Assembly: GCF_009914755.1 (NCBI RefSeq)
Contig: NC_060936.1
Reading direction: 5' to 3' (one strand)
DNA: 64,000 nucleotides
Source: the human T2T-CHM13v2.0 reference genome, Homo sapiens
Shown: one piece after another, positions 16,466-34,509 of the stretch
Position numbering within the stretch: position 1 is the stretch's first letter
How the letters are laid out: the number at the start of each line of letters is the position of its first letter
Program-made: the position numbers and the translations under genes
The notes under the pieces: generated by a model
What the model was told of the DNA's origin: nothing
Database searches by the model: none
The model's input: only the letters and a program-made list of their open reading frames with translations

Positions 16466-17480
16466 ATCTCCCCCATCTGGAAAATGCCCACCATATTCTT
16501 CGTCCACTCCAAATTTTTGTATGGTGGGCTCAAGCCCAACTTCCTCAATAAAGGTTTCCTTTCCATTCGAGTTGACTTCTTTTTTCTTTGAATGGCTGGG
16601 TCACTAGTTGGTCTTACATTATAGTTATTTAATGTTGTTCTCTATTCTTCATTACATGCCTGTTAGTCTTGTTACCAGAATTTAAGTAGATAAATTGCCC
16701 ATGCTTATGTAGTCAGTAAGCTAGCAATTGTTACTCCAGATTAGTCCCATTACAGCTAATGATTAGGGTTTTTTTTTTCTTTTTTTTATCTTGGAATGGG
16801 GTTATATTGCTTAGATTTCCCCATAGGTAGATCTTTCCAGGTGTCATCTTCTCCCAGACTTAATGCTAGAGCTAAGCTAGGCCACATTTACGCCTTATAC
16901 TTGTTGCTTTGACATCAGCATTGTACACGGCCTTTCTTTTTCTCTGGGAGTCTTCTAGCCAGAAGTAAAATAAAGATACTTTTGTTATTGTTTGTTTTAT
17001 TCTGCAGGTTCATTGAAAATTAAAGAATTGGTCAAAATATGGGCATCAAAGAATTAGCACCCGTGGGGCTAGTTGAATTGTTAGCTCCATCCAGATGATT
17101 TAAATCTTAAGAAACTACTACTACTTATTTTAGTTGTCTTTAAAAATGTACAGCAGATACTAGCTACTGGTGGAGTTTTGTTCTGTTCACTTCTGTAGCA
17201 TTGACTTTCTATGTTTAAAAACTGAATATATATTTTTAAAATATATATTCATTCTTTATTAAAGAAACCCCCATGGTAAAAAAAATCCTCAATCATTGTT
17301 TGTTTGTTTTGCTATTCTATGGAACTTTATGATAATACTATCTCTTTAATATTTTTCTTAGCAGGAAATATGATAGCAAATACTGCCAAAAATCTTTAAG
17401 CAATGTTGTAATTTCTGATGCTGTTACACAATATATTCAACTTATAGGTTTTCTATTATAATGGCACTTAATTTTACTTA

Positions 17481-17804
<324 letters not shown>

Positions 17805-18147
17805 TTATTACACAAATAATTCAAATTCATTATAGAAAATTAGAAAAAAATGATAAGAATAATTTAACTACCTTAAAACTTGGGATAACTGCTGTTAATA
17901 ATTTTCTCTGCTTTTATGTACAGGGAATGTATATGTGTGCATATTTTTTAAAAAGAAGGATTGTACTTTTCATACAATTTTGTAACCTACACTTTTCTTT
18001 CCTCAATGTATTTCGAATATCTTCTCATGTCAATAGATACATTATTATCCTTAGTGACTACATAGCATTTCACTAAAATGTCATCTTCAGAAGATGAGAA
18101 GAGTTATCACAAAACTTTATATCATAACACATTTGCCATATTTTTAG

Positions 18148-18246
18148 CCTCCTCTCAGAAGAAGTAGTTCTGTTAAAGAAACATCAGCAAATAAATTTGA
18201 AATGTACAGTTCATTAGCCTGGATTGCAATAAGAGCTGCTGCACAG
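18148..18246 (+). CDS. CFAP54: Internal coding exon D (99 nt, phase 0-0): PPLRRSSSVKETSANKFEMYSSLAWIAIRAAAQ
   Basis: Acceptor atatttttag|CCT; donor CAG|gttggt; 33 stop-free codons. Confidence 0.87.
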
Positions 18247-18337
18247 GTTGGTGTGATTTTTGTTTAATCTTTCTTCTTACTGTCATATCTGTATTCTCTG
18301 CCTTTAAAGAACACAATATACCTGTAAAAGAGAAAGG

Positions 18338-18644
<307 letters not shown>

Positions 18645-19074
18645 TTATTTGGGATTTGTGCCAATTATGTTTCTTTGGAAAGATTAGAAATACTAGTTAT
18701 GTTTAGTGTTTTCAATCTCTCTATTAGCCAGACTTAGTTCTCTTTGTTTCACCTTTTCTCAGTGAAACTATTGGCAGATATACATGTGTACATATTTGAC
18801 ATTTTGGCAACTATCTGTCATAGCTAGGTAAGGTAGCTTATTTAAAGTGATTTATGCATTAATTAAATTGTCAACCCTAAATTATTTGTTTGACTATGAT
18901 ATATTCTACATATCAGGGATCACATATTATTTTTTCAGGTTGTCTTTATTTTTTCCTCCAATGTATAAGGAATATTATTTTATGAATTCACTTTTTTTCA
19001 CATTATTTACCTAATAGATAATCTATGAATTAGAAAGCTTATATTTATAATTCTAATTTATGCATTAATTGTAG

Positions 19075-19216
19075 GTCAGTGAAGCTGTGCTGGCAATTAA
19101 CTTACTTATTGGAAAGAAGAATACTAGAATGCATAAAGTTAACCAAGTGGCATTACCAAATATCCCAGAATTTGCTGCTCTGGATCTTTTGTCTTCGTAT
19201 ACAGATTATTTGCTTG
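19075..19216 (+). CDS. CFAP54: Internal coding exon E (142 nt, phase 0-1): VSEAVLAINLLIGKKNTRMHKVNQVALPNIPEFAALDLLSSYTDYLL
   Basis: Acceptor attaattgtag|GTC (weak pyrimidine tract); donor TTG|gtatgt; phases match exons D and F. Confidence 0.87.
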
Positions 19217-20829
19217 GTATGTTTGGATGTCTACATATTATGCAAAAAAACTGATATATGTAATATAGAATCAAGTTTCAAAGATTTAATTGTAATTTGT
19301 TGGCTTTTAGCTTAGATGGGATAATGTTTGGGGGCACTTCCAGGGGATCATAGGGGTCCTAGGGCCAAAATAGAGGGCTCTTAGCTCACTGCACATGTGT
19401 ACCTGTTACTCAGTCAGCTGCTGCATTTCAGATGCATGTTCTTTTAAAAAAATGATATTTTACATCTGTTTCTTTTCCAGTTCACACATATCAAATGGGA
19501 CCTTTTGGGACTGTTTGCCTCTCTGATCCTTTCATCCAAAATCTACATGCACTCTCCCACTCTGATATGCCTCCCTCTTCTTTTCCTTAGTGATTTTATA
19601 TTTGTATATATGTTTGATTATGTGTTTAAGCTCTTTCTCTCATTAAATTATCATCAGCTACCTGAGAGCAGGGTCTTCATATATTCAATTTTCATCTACA
19701 GCAAATTGCACAGTGCTTGCACATAGCAGACATTCAATATCAACATTTGTTAAATGAATTAATGAAAGAAATTAGCAAAATTTAAACTGGACTGCAATAC
19801 TGTTTATGTTTTTGCTTAGTTACTCCTTTGATAGTAAACTATAATATAAACCTCTATATCAGATAACTGGTAACAGGCATTTAACATTCATTTATGTGTT
19901 TTTCCATTATTTCACTCAAAAAATATTTATTGAGTGCTTCTTGTGTGCTAAGCACTTGGATAGGTGCTAAGAAGCAAGACACTAGTCTTACTTCCAGACT
20001 GACATTTCACTAACATCCACCTCTAATTTTGCTTGGTGCTAGGCCAGCATTGAGCCAAAGGAGAAGAGTTTTAACCTTCTCCTTTGGGAGTGATCTTCCT
20101 AATACTTCTGGAATCACATCTGTAGACAGCGTCTTACTCTGCTGCATTGTTGGGTCAGCCTTAGTTAAAGTGTTAATGTCTAACGTCCCCCTCTTTGGCT
20201 CTTTTCTGAAGCATAGGTGTCCCAAATTATTTTGCAAACTATTTTATAGATTTTTTTTTACGCTGAGGCTTTGTTTTCTTACTTTTATTTCCTTCGTGCC
20301 TGGGAGAATTTTGCTTTATTGGCTTTCTGAGCCACAGCCTGAACGTCAGACTGGGTGCTTGCTCTTCTTTAAGGTTCCCATAGGTGGGTTCTCTGGGGAC
20401 AAAGCCATTGACCCTACACAGGGCAGTTCGGCAGCCCAGCAGCCAGGAGGAGCTGGTCACCACTTCTTTGCTTAACACTGTTTGGCAGCTCAATTCTCCC
20501 TGGTTCAGAATGCCAGGAAAGCATCTCTCTTAGAAGCACACATTATTGTACAGTATTAATAATCAAGAGATTCAGTTGACATCCTAGCTCTCCCAAACCA
20601 TTTCATTTCTCTCAGCCTCATTAGAAACTAATCTACTCTAGAATCTGAGGCTAATCGCTCAGTCTCTTGTCCGTAGACTGAGAGATTAGTCAAAATCTAA
20701 GACGATGACTGAAACTTCCAATATGGCTATTTCTTCTTCATACTGCCTCCTTATTACTTCTGAATGATGTGTTTACTTTACCCTAGTCATTTCCTTGTGT
20801 TTTCCCAGTTTTTAGGGCAGGGATGACCA

Positions 20830-21210
20830 ATAAGTTTCATCCAAGATGGACCCTAAAACTCAGTGGCCTACAACAACAGGAACTCATTATTCCACTCAGC
20901 TCATGTGTTCTGCTTCAGGCTATAGGTCGGGTTCAGGTGCATTCTTATGTACATTTGTTGTGAGTGAGGCCCAAGCTAAAGAGACAGTGGTTATCTGGGG
21001 TATGATCATCTCATGGTAGATACCAGAGCAAAAGAGCCACAAACCAAATCACACAAATGCATTTAAGGCCTTTCTTCACATCCCATCCCATTGGCCACAG
21101 CAAGTCATAGGGCCAAGTCCAATATCAGTGAGCTAGGGAAATACACACTGCTTGTACAGGAAGGGAGAGAGGCATGGATGTTTGCTAAATGAAAATCCAA
21201 ACTATCGCAT
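20830..21210 (-). mobile_element. Old MaLR LTR (MLT1I/J/K-like)
   Basis: 'ctcagtggcctacaacaac...cccattggccacagcaagtcatagggccaagtccaatatcagt...aatccaaactatcgca'. Confidence 0.6.
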
Positions 21211-22036
21211 ATGACAAATTCGATGGCCAATGGCTACCTGAGAAGAACCTCTGTATGATTCAGAGGAAAGAACCATAGAAAAGACACGAAAAAGGTGCTG
21301 TGATTAATTAATGATGTCAGCCAAGGGCACACAGTGGAAAATGGCATCCTCTAAACAAAACCATGTTTGTTGATCCAGTTGAGTAGGTAGTCTTCATCTC
21401 AGTTTAATACTAGAACCTAAGCTTTCTTGTTCCGTGTCAGTGGCTTTCATAGCATATTACATTTTTTCAGTTTCCATTTTATACCATTAGCCCTTCTTTA
21501 CTATTTTAACTACGAAATTACCAAATTTTAAAATCCAATCTGTTTTGCATTTTGCCTTGCCTTAAGAATAATAATTTTGCCTTCCAGTCCTTTCCTGGCA
21601 GGCTGATAATTAATTCATGTTGATGACTTCCCTCACTTCAGTGTTGGGGTTAGAAGGAGGTTCTGAATTCCCACTTGGTTGCCACTAATACCCAGATGGC
21701 AATGAGGTTCATATTATAATGGCTTGCTAAAGGGCAAAATTCCTTAACAACAACAAATAAAACTTGTTTGATTTTCCTTGCATTAGCATAAATTAGCATC
21801 CAGCAAAAAACCTCCTCAGTAATCTTAGCTTTAAACAATACTAGCATTGATCTACACATGAGGTGATGAACAACATTTACTGTTACTGTATGTAGAGTAC
21901 TGTACGAGATATTTACATTCAGAGAGAAGGAAGAGTCAGAGAACACCTCAAGGAAGCAGGTCTTACCTTCCATGAGCTTCTAGTCATGGGCAATCAGAAC
22001 AGGCATATACCCTGAAATGATAGACATTCATTTTTT

Positions 22037-22351
<315 letters not shown>

Positions 22352-22368
22352 TTAAGAAGAGCATAATA

Positions 22369-22716
22369 GGCTGGGTGCGGTGGGTTATGGCTATAATCCT
22401 GGCACTTTGGAAGGCCAAGAAGGGTGGATCACTTGAGGCCAGGAGTTCAAGACCAGCCTGGCCAACATGGCAAAACCCGATCTCTACTAAAAATACAAAA
22501 ATTAGCCGGGTATGGTGGTGGGCGCCTATAATCCCAGCTACTAGGGAGGCTGAGGCAGGATAAATGGATTGAACCTGGGAGGCAGAGGTTGCAGTGAGCC
22601 GAGATCACGCCACTCACTGCACTCCAGCCTGGGTGACAGAGTGAGACTCTATCTCAAAAAACAAAACAAAGCAAAATAAAACAAAACAAAACAAAAACAA
22701 AAACAAACAAAAAAAG
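22369..22716 (+). mobile_element. AluS with (AAAAC)n tail
   Basis: Full Alu 26 bp after the previous one; TSD core agagcataata on both sides. Confidence 0.95.
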
Positions 22717-23373
22717 AAGCAGAGCATAATAATGAAGGCAGATTAAAGTGCCACAAGCTAAATCCATCTATGCCTTCTGAGGGGAGCTGGACACAGGCAG
22801 GATGGCATATGAGTTAATTAAGAGCGTTGTTTTCTGGGAGAGGTATATTATGGGGCAGGTGTAAATTGACTCAGGGGAAGCAAATTTTATCAACAGAGCA
22901 ATTGATGACAGGAGCATTATGACAGAATGGACTAGTCATGTGTGGAGAGTGGACTATAGATCATCCTGCCAGGACCAGAGAGCAATTGTATGACATCTAT
23001 AGCACAGTAAGAGAGTTAAAGTGATGCACCTAGTACAATTACTGAGGTATTCTCTGTAGGAACAGACACCTTGAGATGTTGGCACTGGCAATGTGGGGCC
23101 ATGTTTAAATTCAATGCAAAGAAACCTTTATTTCATGCTACCTACTTTGGGCCCAGTTATATTCAAGTATATACTCTATCATTTTGTCTTGATTTTCTTG
23201 TGGCCTTGATAAAAATTTCAGCTGGGATTAAAATTATTAAATTCTGTATTTAAATTTTGAATTCAAAGTAACATTTAGGATTACTGGTCCCAGATGCAGC
23301 CTCTTACTACTACATAAACAATATATACAGAAAACTATAAATGCCTGTCTTGCTAAAAAGTGATGTCAGTGAA

Positions 23374-23830
23374 TGTTAGGTCCAGGGTCAGTTTCCAGCC
23401 CATGCTGAGGTCGGAGGGGTGTGGGTGGATGGGGAGCAGGGAGCTGAAAGAACGTTCGGGGGGCTGTAGGTATGTGAAATATAGCTTTATTCAGCAGCTC
23501 TCTCATCAGCAGCTCTCTTAGACAGACTGCTCTGTCTTGGCTCCTTGCTGTGGCCACTGCCACACACAGCTGCGCAGCCAGCTCTCCCTTCAGGGTGAGC
23601 AGATTAACTCTTTTTTCTCTGGGCATGAGTGCAGCTATACAGTGTCAACATGGCAATTATACCTTTTATAGACAGTAGTGGCTCAGAGCCAAATGATGAG
23701 CCTTCCCATGGCTACATGGCTGTGATAACAAATAGAGTTATACACCTGCGCTCTAAACTCACTGAGTCCCGCAGAACGTAAACACCCTACTTTGGCCTAT
23801 CCTTGACCAAAGCACATCCATTACCTTACA
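23374..23830 (-). mobile_element. ERVL solo LTR, LTR18 family
   Basis: TG...CA termini, exact 5-bp TSD GTGAA (23369-23373, 23831-23835); minus strand begins TGTAAGGTAATGGATGTGCTTTGGTCAAGG; minus-strand AATAAA near 23487. Confidence 0.8.
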
Positions 23831-24184
23831 GTGAACCTATTGTCAGAATACAAAAAGAGATCTATGGAGCAGAGCCAAGAATCACAACTGGGCTTTAATG
23901 TATGTTTTGCCTCTTGAAACAGAGCAAACCTTCCAGCCTGAAAAGAAATCTGATTTTTCCCTCCCATACCACCTTGCACCTGGTGCAGAGATACAGGGTC
24001 GATAACAACTAATTAAAAAGTGGGATGCAATTCCTCTACTATTATCTTCTGTTTTCCTATTCCTCTAACACACAATTCCCCATAGTAGGGGAACTGGATT
24101 GGTATATTACTACTCAAATCCCAAATAATTATACTACTTATAGGTGGGAATGGAGAAAAATCATCTGTGGTAGTGAAGGTGGGA

Positions 24185-24221
24185 TGTGTGTGTGTGTGTG
24201 TGAATTTGTGTGTGTGTGTGT
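24185..24221 (+). repeat. Interrupted (TG)n microsatellite
   Basis: Two TG runs separated by aatt. Confidence 0.9.
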
Positions 24222-25361
24222 TGCATCCGAGTATTAGAGATGAGACAATTGGGTCATGACAAGGACCAGCCTCAGTGAAGCAGACTTGTCTTGGTCAAAT
24301 GCCTGCCAGAGTCCAGAAACTCCACTCAGAGATTCATACACTGATCACTGAAATCTGAGAAGGGACAGTACCATGGCTAAGAGGAGAGCACACACCCTGT
24401 CAATTGTCAGGTACTAGGTAGGAGGAGACCCTGTTTATTTAGACAGAGTCAACAATGTAAAATAAGAAACAACAGATGGTTCATGTGAGAGAAAACATTC
24501 TTAGAAGAGCACAGTGGAATGCTGTCCTGGAGACTGAGAGGAAGATTTACCCTTCAGTGAACTGGAGGAGACTCAACATGATTGTTTGCTACCCTTAGCA
24601 GGGCCCAGGCCATCAAGATTCACACGACAGCAGAAAGCTATGACTCAGGAAGTGCCAGATAATAAGGGGATGAGTGGCACCTGATGCTGTGTGCCACAGC
24701 TATCTTACTTGATTTCATTTATGTTTCAGGAAAATCCTGTGGGAGTGTCATTATGCACATTTATAAATGAGGCAAGGTGCTCATTCAGAGAGGTTATGTA
24801 ACTTGTGTACTATTCCACTACTAATTCAAATCCTGATCTATCCAATTCTAAAGGCTCTGCTGTTAAGCTTTATGTTGGGTGTGATAAGAAAGTATTGCCA
24901 GGAACTTAAAATGCAGAATTGATGCTTCTAGTCAGCCTGCTGGACTGCTTGGATGGAGTTGACATGAGTGATGCCTCTGCCCTTCGCAATCCAAACACAT
25001 TAACAGTGGTGGGTAAATAGTACAAAAATTGTTTTAATTTGTAGCTGAGCTTGAAACCAGGAAAGGAAAATTCCAAATTGCCAAAGCAAATTGGAGATTT
25101 GTAGCAGGGCCTGAACCTGAGGACTTCACTGGAGAGGAATTCAAATTAGGCCTTAACAGATGGAACTGGGACTTCAGTACCAGACTCAAGGAACAGTCTG
25201 GAAAGAGGGCCCTGCAGGTAGGGAAAGTCAGAAACCAGCTAACTATATAAATGGGGATTCAGAGTGGGCTTGTCCACAAACTGGGGACTAGAAATACACT
25301 GTCCACTGGTTTGAGTAGATTCAGGGAAACAGCACAAATGCCCACATTAAAACCCACTTTA

Positions 25362-25690
<329 letters not shown>

Positions 25691-26207
25691 TTAGGTTGTA
25701 AGGTTGTAATTCACACCACCTGAATGATACATGGAAATTGGCATTTTAAATACTGGCCCAGAACCAGTGAAACCCAGGGAGCTCTGGCCTGGGCTGATGG
25801 GAAGCGATTGCAAAGGGATCCTTCTCCATGCAGGACAGAAGGGACTCTTCCTCAATCTTCCCCAATTCTTCTGAAGATGGTTATAGTACAAATTGTATCT
25901 GGACAAATTCTGGTAACATCTTTGGGTTAGGAAGAGAAAATAATTGTAAGTATTCAGTCAGAAAAAGAAAGTTTTCTAAAAAGGAACAAACACTGAACTG
26001 TTCTTAGTTTTTCTCTGCAGCATTAAAGATCAGATTACATTGGTCTAATATGTATGGAGTGTTTTTTTCTTTTAGTTTAATTCATTTTTTTGAATAGGTA
26101 ATTTATTCTCAAGAATCAAAACTCAAAAGATACGAAAGGGTATCTTTCCATCTTCTCTGCAAGTGTCCAGTTCTCAGTTCCCCCCAGAAACAATCAATTA
26201 TTACCAG

Positions 26208-27006
<799 letters not shown>

Positions 27007-27569
27007 GTCTTTTCTTGTGTTCCCCACCAGAGATGTTACATGCTTATATCAACTGTCAGAGTTCCATTGTAGAGGTCAGAATCCACTCCAGTTCATTCAA
27101 ATAGAATGAGATTTATCAAAGGACTTTCAAATTCAATGGGAGAGCTAAAGAAACCAATTCTAGGCTGTGTCCAGAAATGACTAAGCCACATGTAACTGGA
27201 CCACCAAGGCACAGCTTTTGTTTGTTTCCTATAAAGGAAACTGTAGATCAGGAATTTGTCTGAAGAATAGAGAGCTTCTGCTCAGCTGTAGGCTTAAAAA
27301 CCACACTTCTTCTGCCAGAATCACACCAGCCGAAGAGATGCCTTGAATCACCTGTCTCCCTCACCGCTTAACCCAGTTCCACCTCCAAGTCTTGCATGAA
27401 TGCACTGAATTTATAATACCTAAAATCCCATCCAGGACAATAGTTGCAAGGACATTTGGGAAGTGTCATTTTTATCTTCATAATTTCTTCAATATAGAAA
27501 AGCACATTTGGAGTTTAAGATGGATGTTGAGTGAACCAACCTGGTATATGCACTGATACATTGACATAT

Positions 27570-28950
27570 TTTTCCCTTAAAAATACAAATAGTGGTATAA
27601 CTGTACACATAATAATGCTCCTTGCTCTTTTTTCTTTAAATTAATATAAATGTATCTTGACAATTTTTTCAAATCATCACATAAGCAGCTTTTTTATGGC
27701 TGTATAATATTCCTTTATATAGGTCCAGCATAATTAAATTCATTAGTCTCTTTGATAGCTATTTATGTTGTTTCTACTCTTTTGCTATTACATTCATCTG
27801 TACATCTTATACATTTGTATCATTTTGTACATAGGCTAGTATATCTATTGGGTCAATTCCCATAAAGCAAATGTCTAGATCAAAGGGTGATTTCATTTGA
27901 AAATTTGATATTTTTTGCCAAAATCATTCTAAAAAGGTTATGCCACTTTGTACTCCTGTCAGCAGTTAATAAATGGTCTTTTTTCAACACCCTTGCTGAC
28001 AAAGGTACATTATAAACATCTTTTAAACTTTTGTTGACATGGTGGGAGAAAAAAAGGTTCAAATTTAATTTGCACATATCTTGTGAGGACTAAGCTTGAA
28101 CATCTTTTTGTGAACTCTCTGCTCATAATCTTTCCCGATTAAAAAAAAATTTGGCCTTTAAGTATTTGTAGAAGTCCTTTATTATGAAAATCAACATTTT
28201 AGTTGTGATATTTGTAAATATAGCTTTCTAATTTTTCAGTTGTTACTTAACATTTTACATGATAGTTCTGTTCCATGAAGAAGTTATTTATTTCTATATA
28301 GTAGAAATTATTAATCTTTTTGATAGATTTTGGATTTCTGTCATAGTTAGAAAAGTCCTCCCTACTCAGATTCTTTAAATAACTTATAGAAATCTATTCG
28401 GAATATGTAAAGTGTGACAAGCGGATATAAATTTAATTTTTCCAGATGGCTACCCCATTTCTGTACTTTTCTTTCCGTTCTAATTGATCTGTCCATTCTG
28501 GTTTCAATACATTTTTTAAATTTTTGTAACCTTATAAAAATATACTTAATATAAAGATAAGTCCCCATTAATTACTCTCTCTTGTGGCTTTTTTATGTGT
28601 TAAGTCTGGAAGCAGCTTGTCTAGTTCCAAAAAGTCCTGCTGTATTTTTATTGGGATTACGTTATATTTAGACATTAACTTAGAAATAACTTACATTTTT
28701 ATTCTACTGAATCATCTTAACCAAGAATATTATATGCCCTTTATATTTTCTAGTTCACATCCCTTAGGGTGTTTTAACATTTTCTTCAAATAAGTCTTGT
28801 ACTTTTCTGGTTAGGTTTATTTTTAGAGATGTTATCTTCTTATTGTATTATAATTTAAAAAAATTATTTCTATTAGTTGTTTTTATGTACAGAGGCTACT
28901 GATGCCACTATATTTACTTTATTATCCTTAGATATTTTCTCCACTTGGTC
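27570..28950 (-). mobile_element. Degenerate L1ME
   Basis: Antisense L1ME 3' motifs 'tttttatggctgtataatattcc', 'attttttgccaaaat...ctttgtactcc'. Confidence 0.55.
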
Positions 28951-28961
28951 ATCCATGAACA

Positions 28962-29606
<645 letters not shown>

Positions 29607-30371
29607 GGACAAGGCGAACAGAGGTCCTCTGCTGCTCACATAATTGTTCCTCCTCTTATATCTGTAGTTTTTGTTTTTGTTGACAAGATGTTACTTGGAC
29701 TATGAATATTCTTAAGTATTATATCTTTATTGTGAATGACACCCTTTAACATTATAAAGGTCCCGCTTTTGTTTCACTTTTTGGCCAGAATTCTACCTTG
29801 TCTAATACTGAGATCACAAATATTGCTTTCTTTTGGTTTACATTTTCCTGCTACACATTTTTGCATGTTTTTATTTTCAAACTTTTGAAATAATTTTATT
29901 TTAAATATGCTTTTACATAGGGCATAGAGTTGGGTTTTCTTTGTTATAAGACCTGATAGTATTTTTCTTGTAATAGGTGATTTAAATGTAAATGTATTGA
30001 TATGTGGGGTATGTTTGATGTTATTATTTCAGATCACTTTACAATATGTATACAATAAATTAGGAAACAAAACCAATAAAATTAGAAAGTTGTAATTTTA
30101 GGGGAAAAACTATTAGCCAACTTTTTCAGGAAAATTAGTTATAGCAAAAAGAAAACTTCTCACAAATGATAAGAAGAAAGTAATCAATGATGTTAAGAAA
30201 TTAAATTTTTAAAGATTTTTTTGGTTCAACTTTAAGCAAATTTGAAAACTTCTATATAACTTGTAATTTCCTGGGAAAATATAATTTACCCAGATTTACT
30301 TTAGGTAAAAAAAAAATTAGACAAATCTATTAGTATAGAAAACAATACAGTTCTATTAGAAATTAAAGCTG

Positions 30372-32230
<1,859 letters not shown>

Positions 32231-32815
32231 CAGGATGTGCATTCATCAGTGTCAACTGTATAAAATTTTATTAGTCTCTAGGTTTTTGTGTACATTTCTC
32301 TAACTAATGCATTTATCTAGCTTTGAGTTTGAAAGGCTGCAACAAATAATGTTTTTGGCTCATCACATATAGGTTTATAATTTTAAAATCTTTTTTCTTT
32401 AAACTATGAACAATTGGTCTCAAAATAATTCTTCAACTTGACTGGCACTATAATACTATTCAAAAGTGCACAGCTCACCATCAAGAAGTATGCTTTGCAA
32501 TTTCTTCCTGAGATTTACATCTTAGTAGCATCACCTGTCTCCTTCTCTATACATTCTACTTGATGACAATTGCTTTGGGCATTATTCCACACATTTTGTG
32601 GCTTAGGATTTTTAGCTCTTCTCTGATTTACTGAAAATGGAATTTGTGTTTTTGTTACTTGTTTTCTTTCTTGTCTTGTGATAATTTTCAGGGGGTAAAA
32701 GGGATGTGCCAATCTTATATGAATGTCTTCAAATTGGAAGTCACCACAAAATTGTTTTTTAAAAAATAAGCATTTTACTCTATTATAAAATATATACAGA
32801 AAAGAACACAAATCA

Positions 32816-33184
<369 letters not shown>

Positions 33185-33669
33185 TCAAGAAATAGAATAA
33201 GACCAGCGCCCCAGAAGTCTACATCATGTTCCCTTCTGGCCCCTAGCAACCTCTTTTCCTTCTGATTTGTAACAGATAGTTTGGCCAGCTTTTGAATTTT
33301 GTGTAAATGAAATCATATAGTCTTTTTGTCTGACTTCTGTTCACCCCTATGTTTGTGTGATTCATCCTTTTGGTGGGCATAATAGCACAATTTAGTGTTC
33401 ATTCTACTGTTGGTAAACATTTGGGGTTATGAATAATGCTGCTATGAATATATTTGTATGTGACATTTTTGTGCACAGATGTATGCATTTTTATAATATG
33501 CCAAGGAATGGAATTGCTGGTCATAAGACATGCATGGTTTTAGCCTTAGTGGGTATTGCCAAGAAGACCACTTAATCTTAATTGCAATTAAGATTTCACT
33601 ACATGAAATCTTATATGAATTATATGTTTATTATTTATATATTAATTTATATATTAACATATATATATT

Positions 33670-33880
33670 AATTATATATTTCACTACCTGACCAATCAAG
33701 TACAGGGCCTTATAAAGACTACAGTGGTTTACTTTTGGTGAACTTTTTAAAAAGAAAGTTACTTGAGAATGCACCCCAGCACAAAGGGTTGCAAATGAAG
33801 AAAGAAGTAGATGTAATATAGAAAAAAGAAAGGAAGAGAGGAAAGGGCCCTCAGTGTTGCCAGCTATGCAGTAGTCTAGA
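33670..33880 (+). repeat. ~210-bp dispersed direct copy of 34886-35105
   Basis: Colinear from aattat(a/g)tatttcacta to gcagtagtctaga; about 15 substitutions and 2 indels by eye. Confidence 0.95.
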
Positions 33881-34509
33881 TTGCAATTAAGATTAAGTGG
33901 TCTTAATTTAAAATTTATTTTGATGACAAAAGAGATTGAACACTATTATATATGGTATATTGGCTTTTGCATAGTTTTTGGGGGTGAACTTTTTCTAAAA
34001 CGATGCCTATTTTTCCTGGGAGTTTTCTGTCTTTGGCTTAGAGATATGGAGGCATTCTTGATATACTCTGGATATGACCCTTTGGTAGATTATTTGTATT
34101 GCAAATATCTTTTCCCATTCTTTGTTTTACCTTTTTATTCAGTAGTAGTTTCTTTTGATTATCCAAAGTTTATAATTTTTATGCCCAATTAATTAGTCCT
34201 TATAATGGTTTGTATGCTTTTTGTGTTCAGTTTTAGAAATCTTTTCCTAAACAAAAATCATAAAGGTACCTTCTATGTTTTTATCATTTTTAATCTTTCA
34301 CAGTTAGATCTACAGTTCACCCAGAATCTATTTTTGTGTATAGTGTGAGGCTGAAATTAAGATTAACTTTTTTTCTGTATGGATATATATTTAACCCAGA
34401 ACAGTGTATCGAAAAAGACCCCTTCTTTACAACACTGCAGTGTTACATCTCTCATAAATCAAGTGTCCACTATGTGGGGTGAGAGAGAGGAGAGGGAGAG
34501 AGAAAGAGA

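Noticed and set aside
20029-20475. 148-aa + strand ORF
   Set aside because: Non-ATG start, low-complexity F/L-rich translation, no recognisable domain, and not needed because exons E and F already join in phase.
33564-33904. Interpretation as a novel MITE or Pack-type DNA transposon
   Set aside because: No target-site duplication, the right repeat blends into host L1ME sequence, and the cargo is local; a repair scar is more economical.
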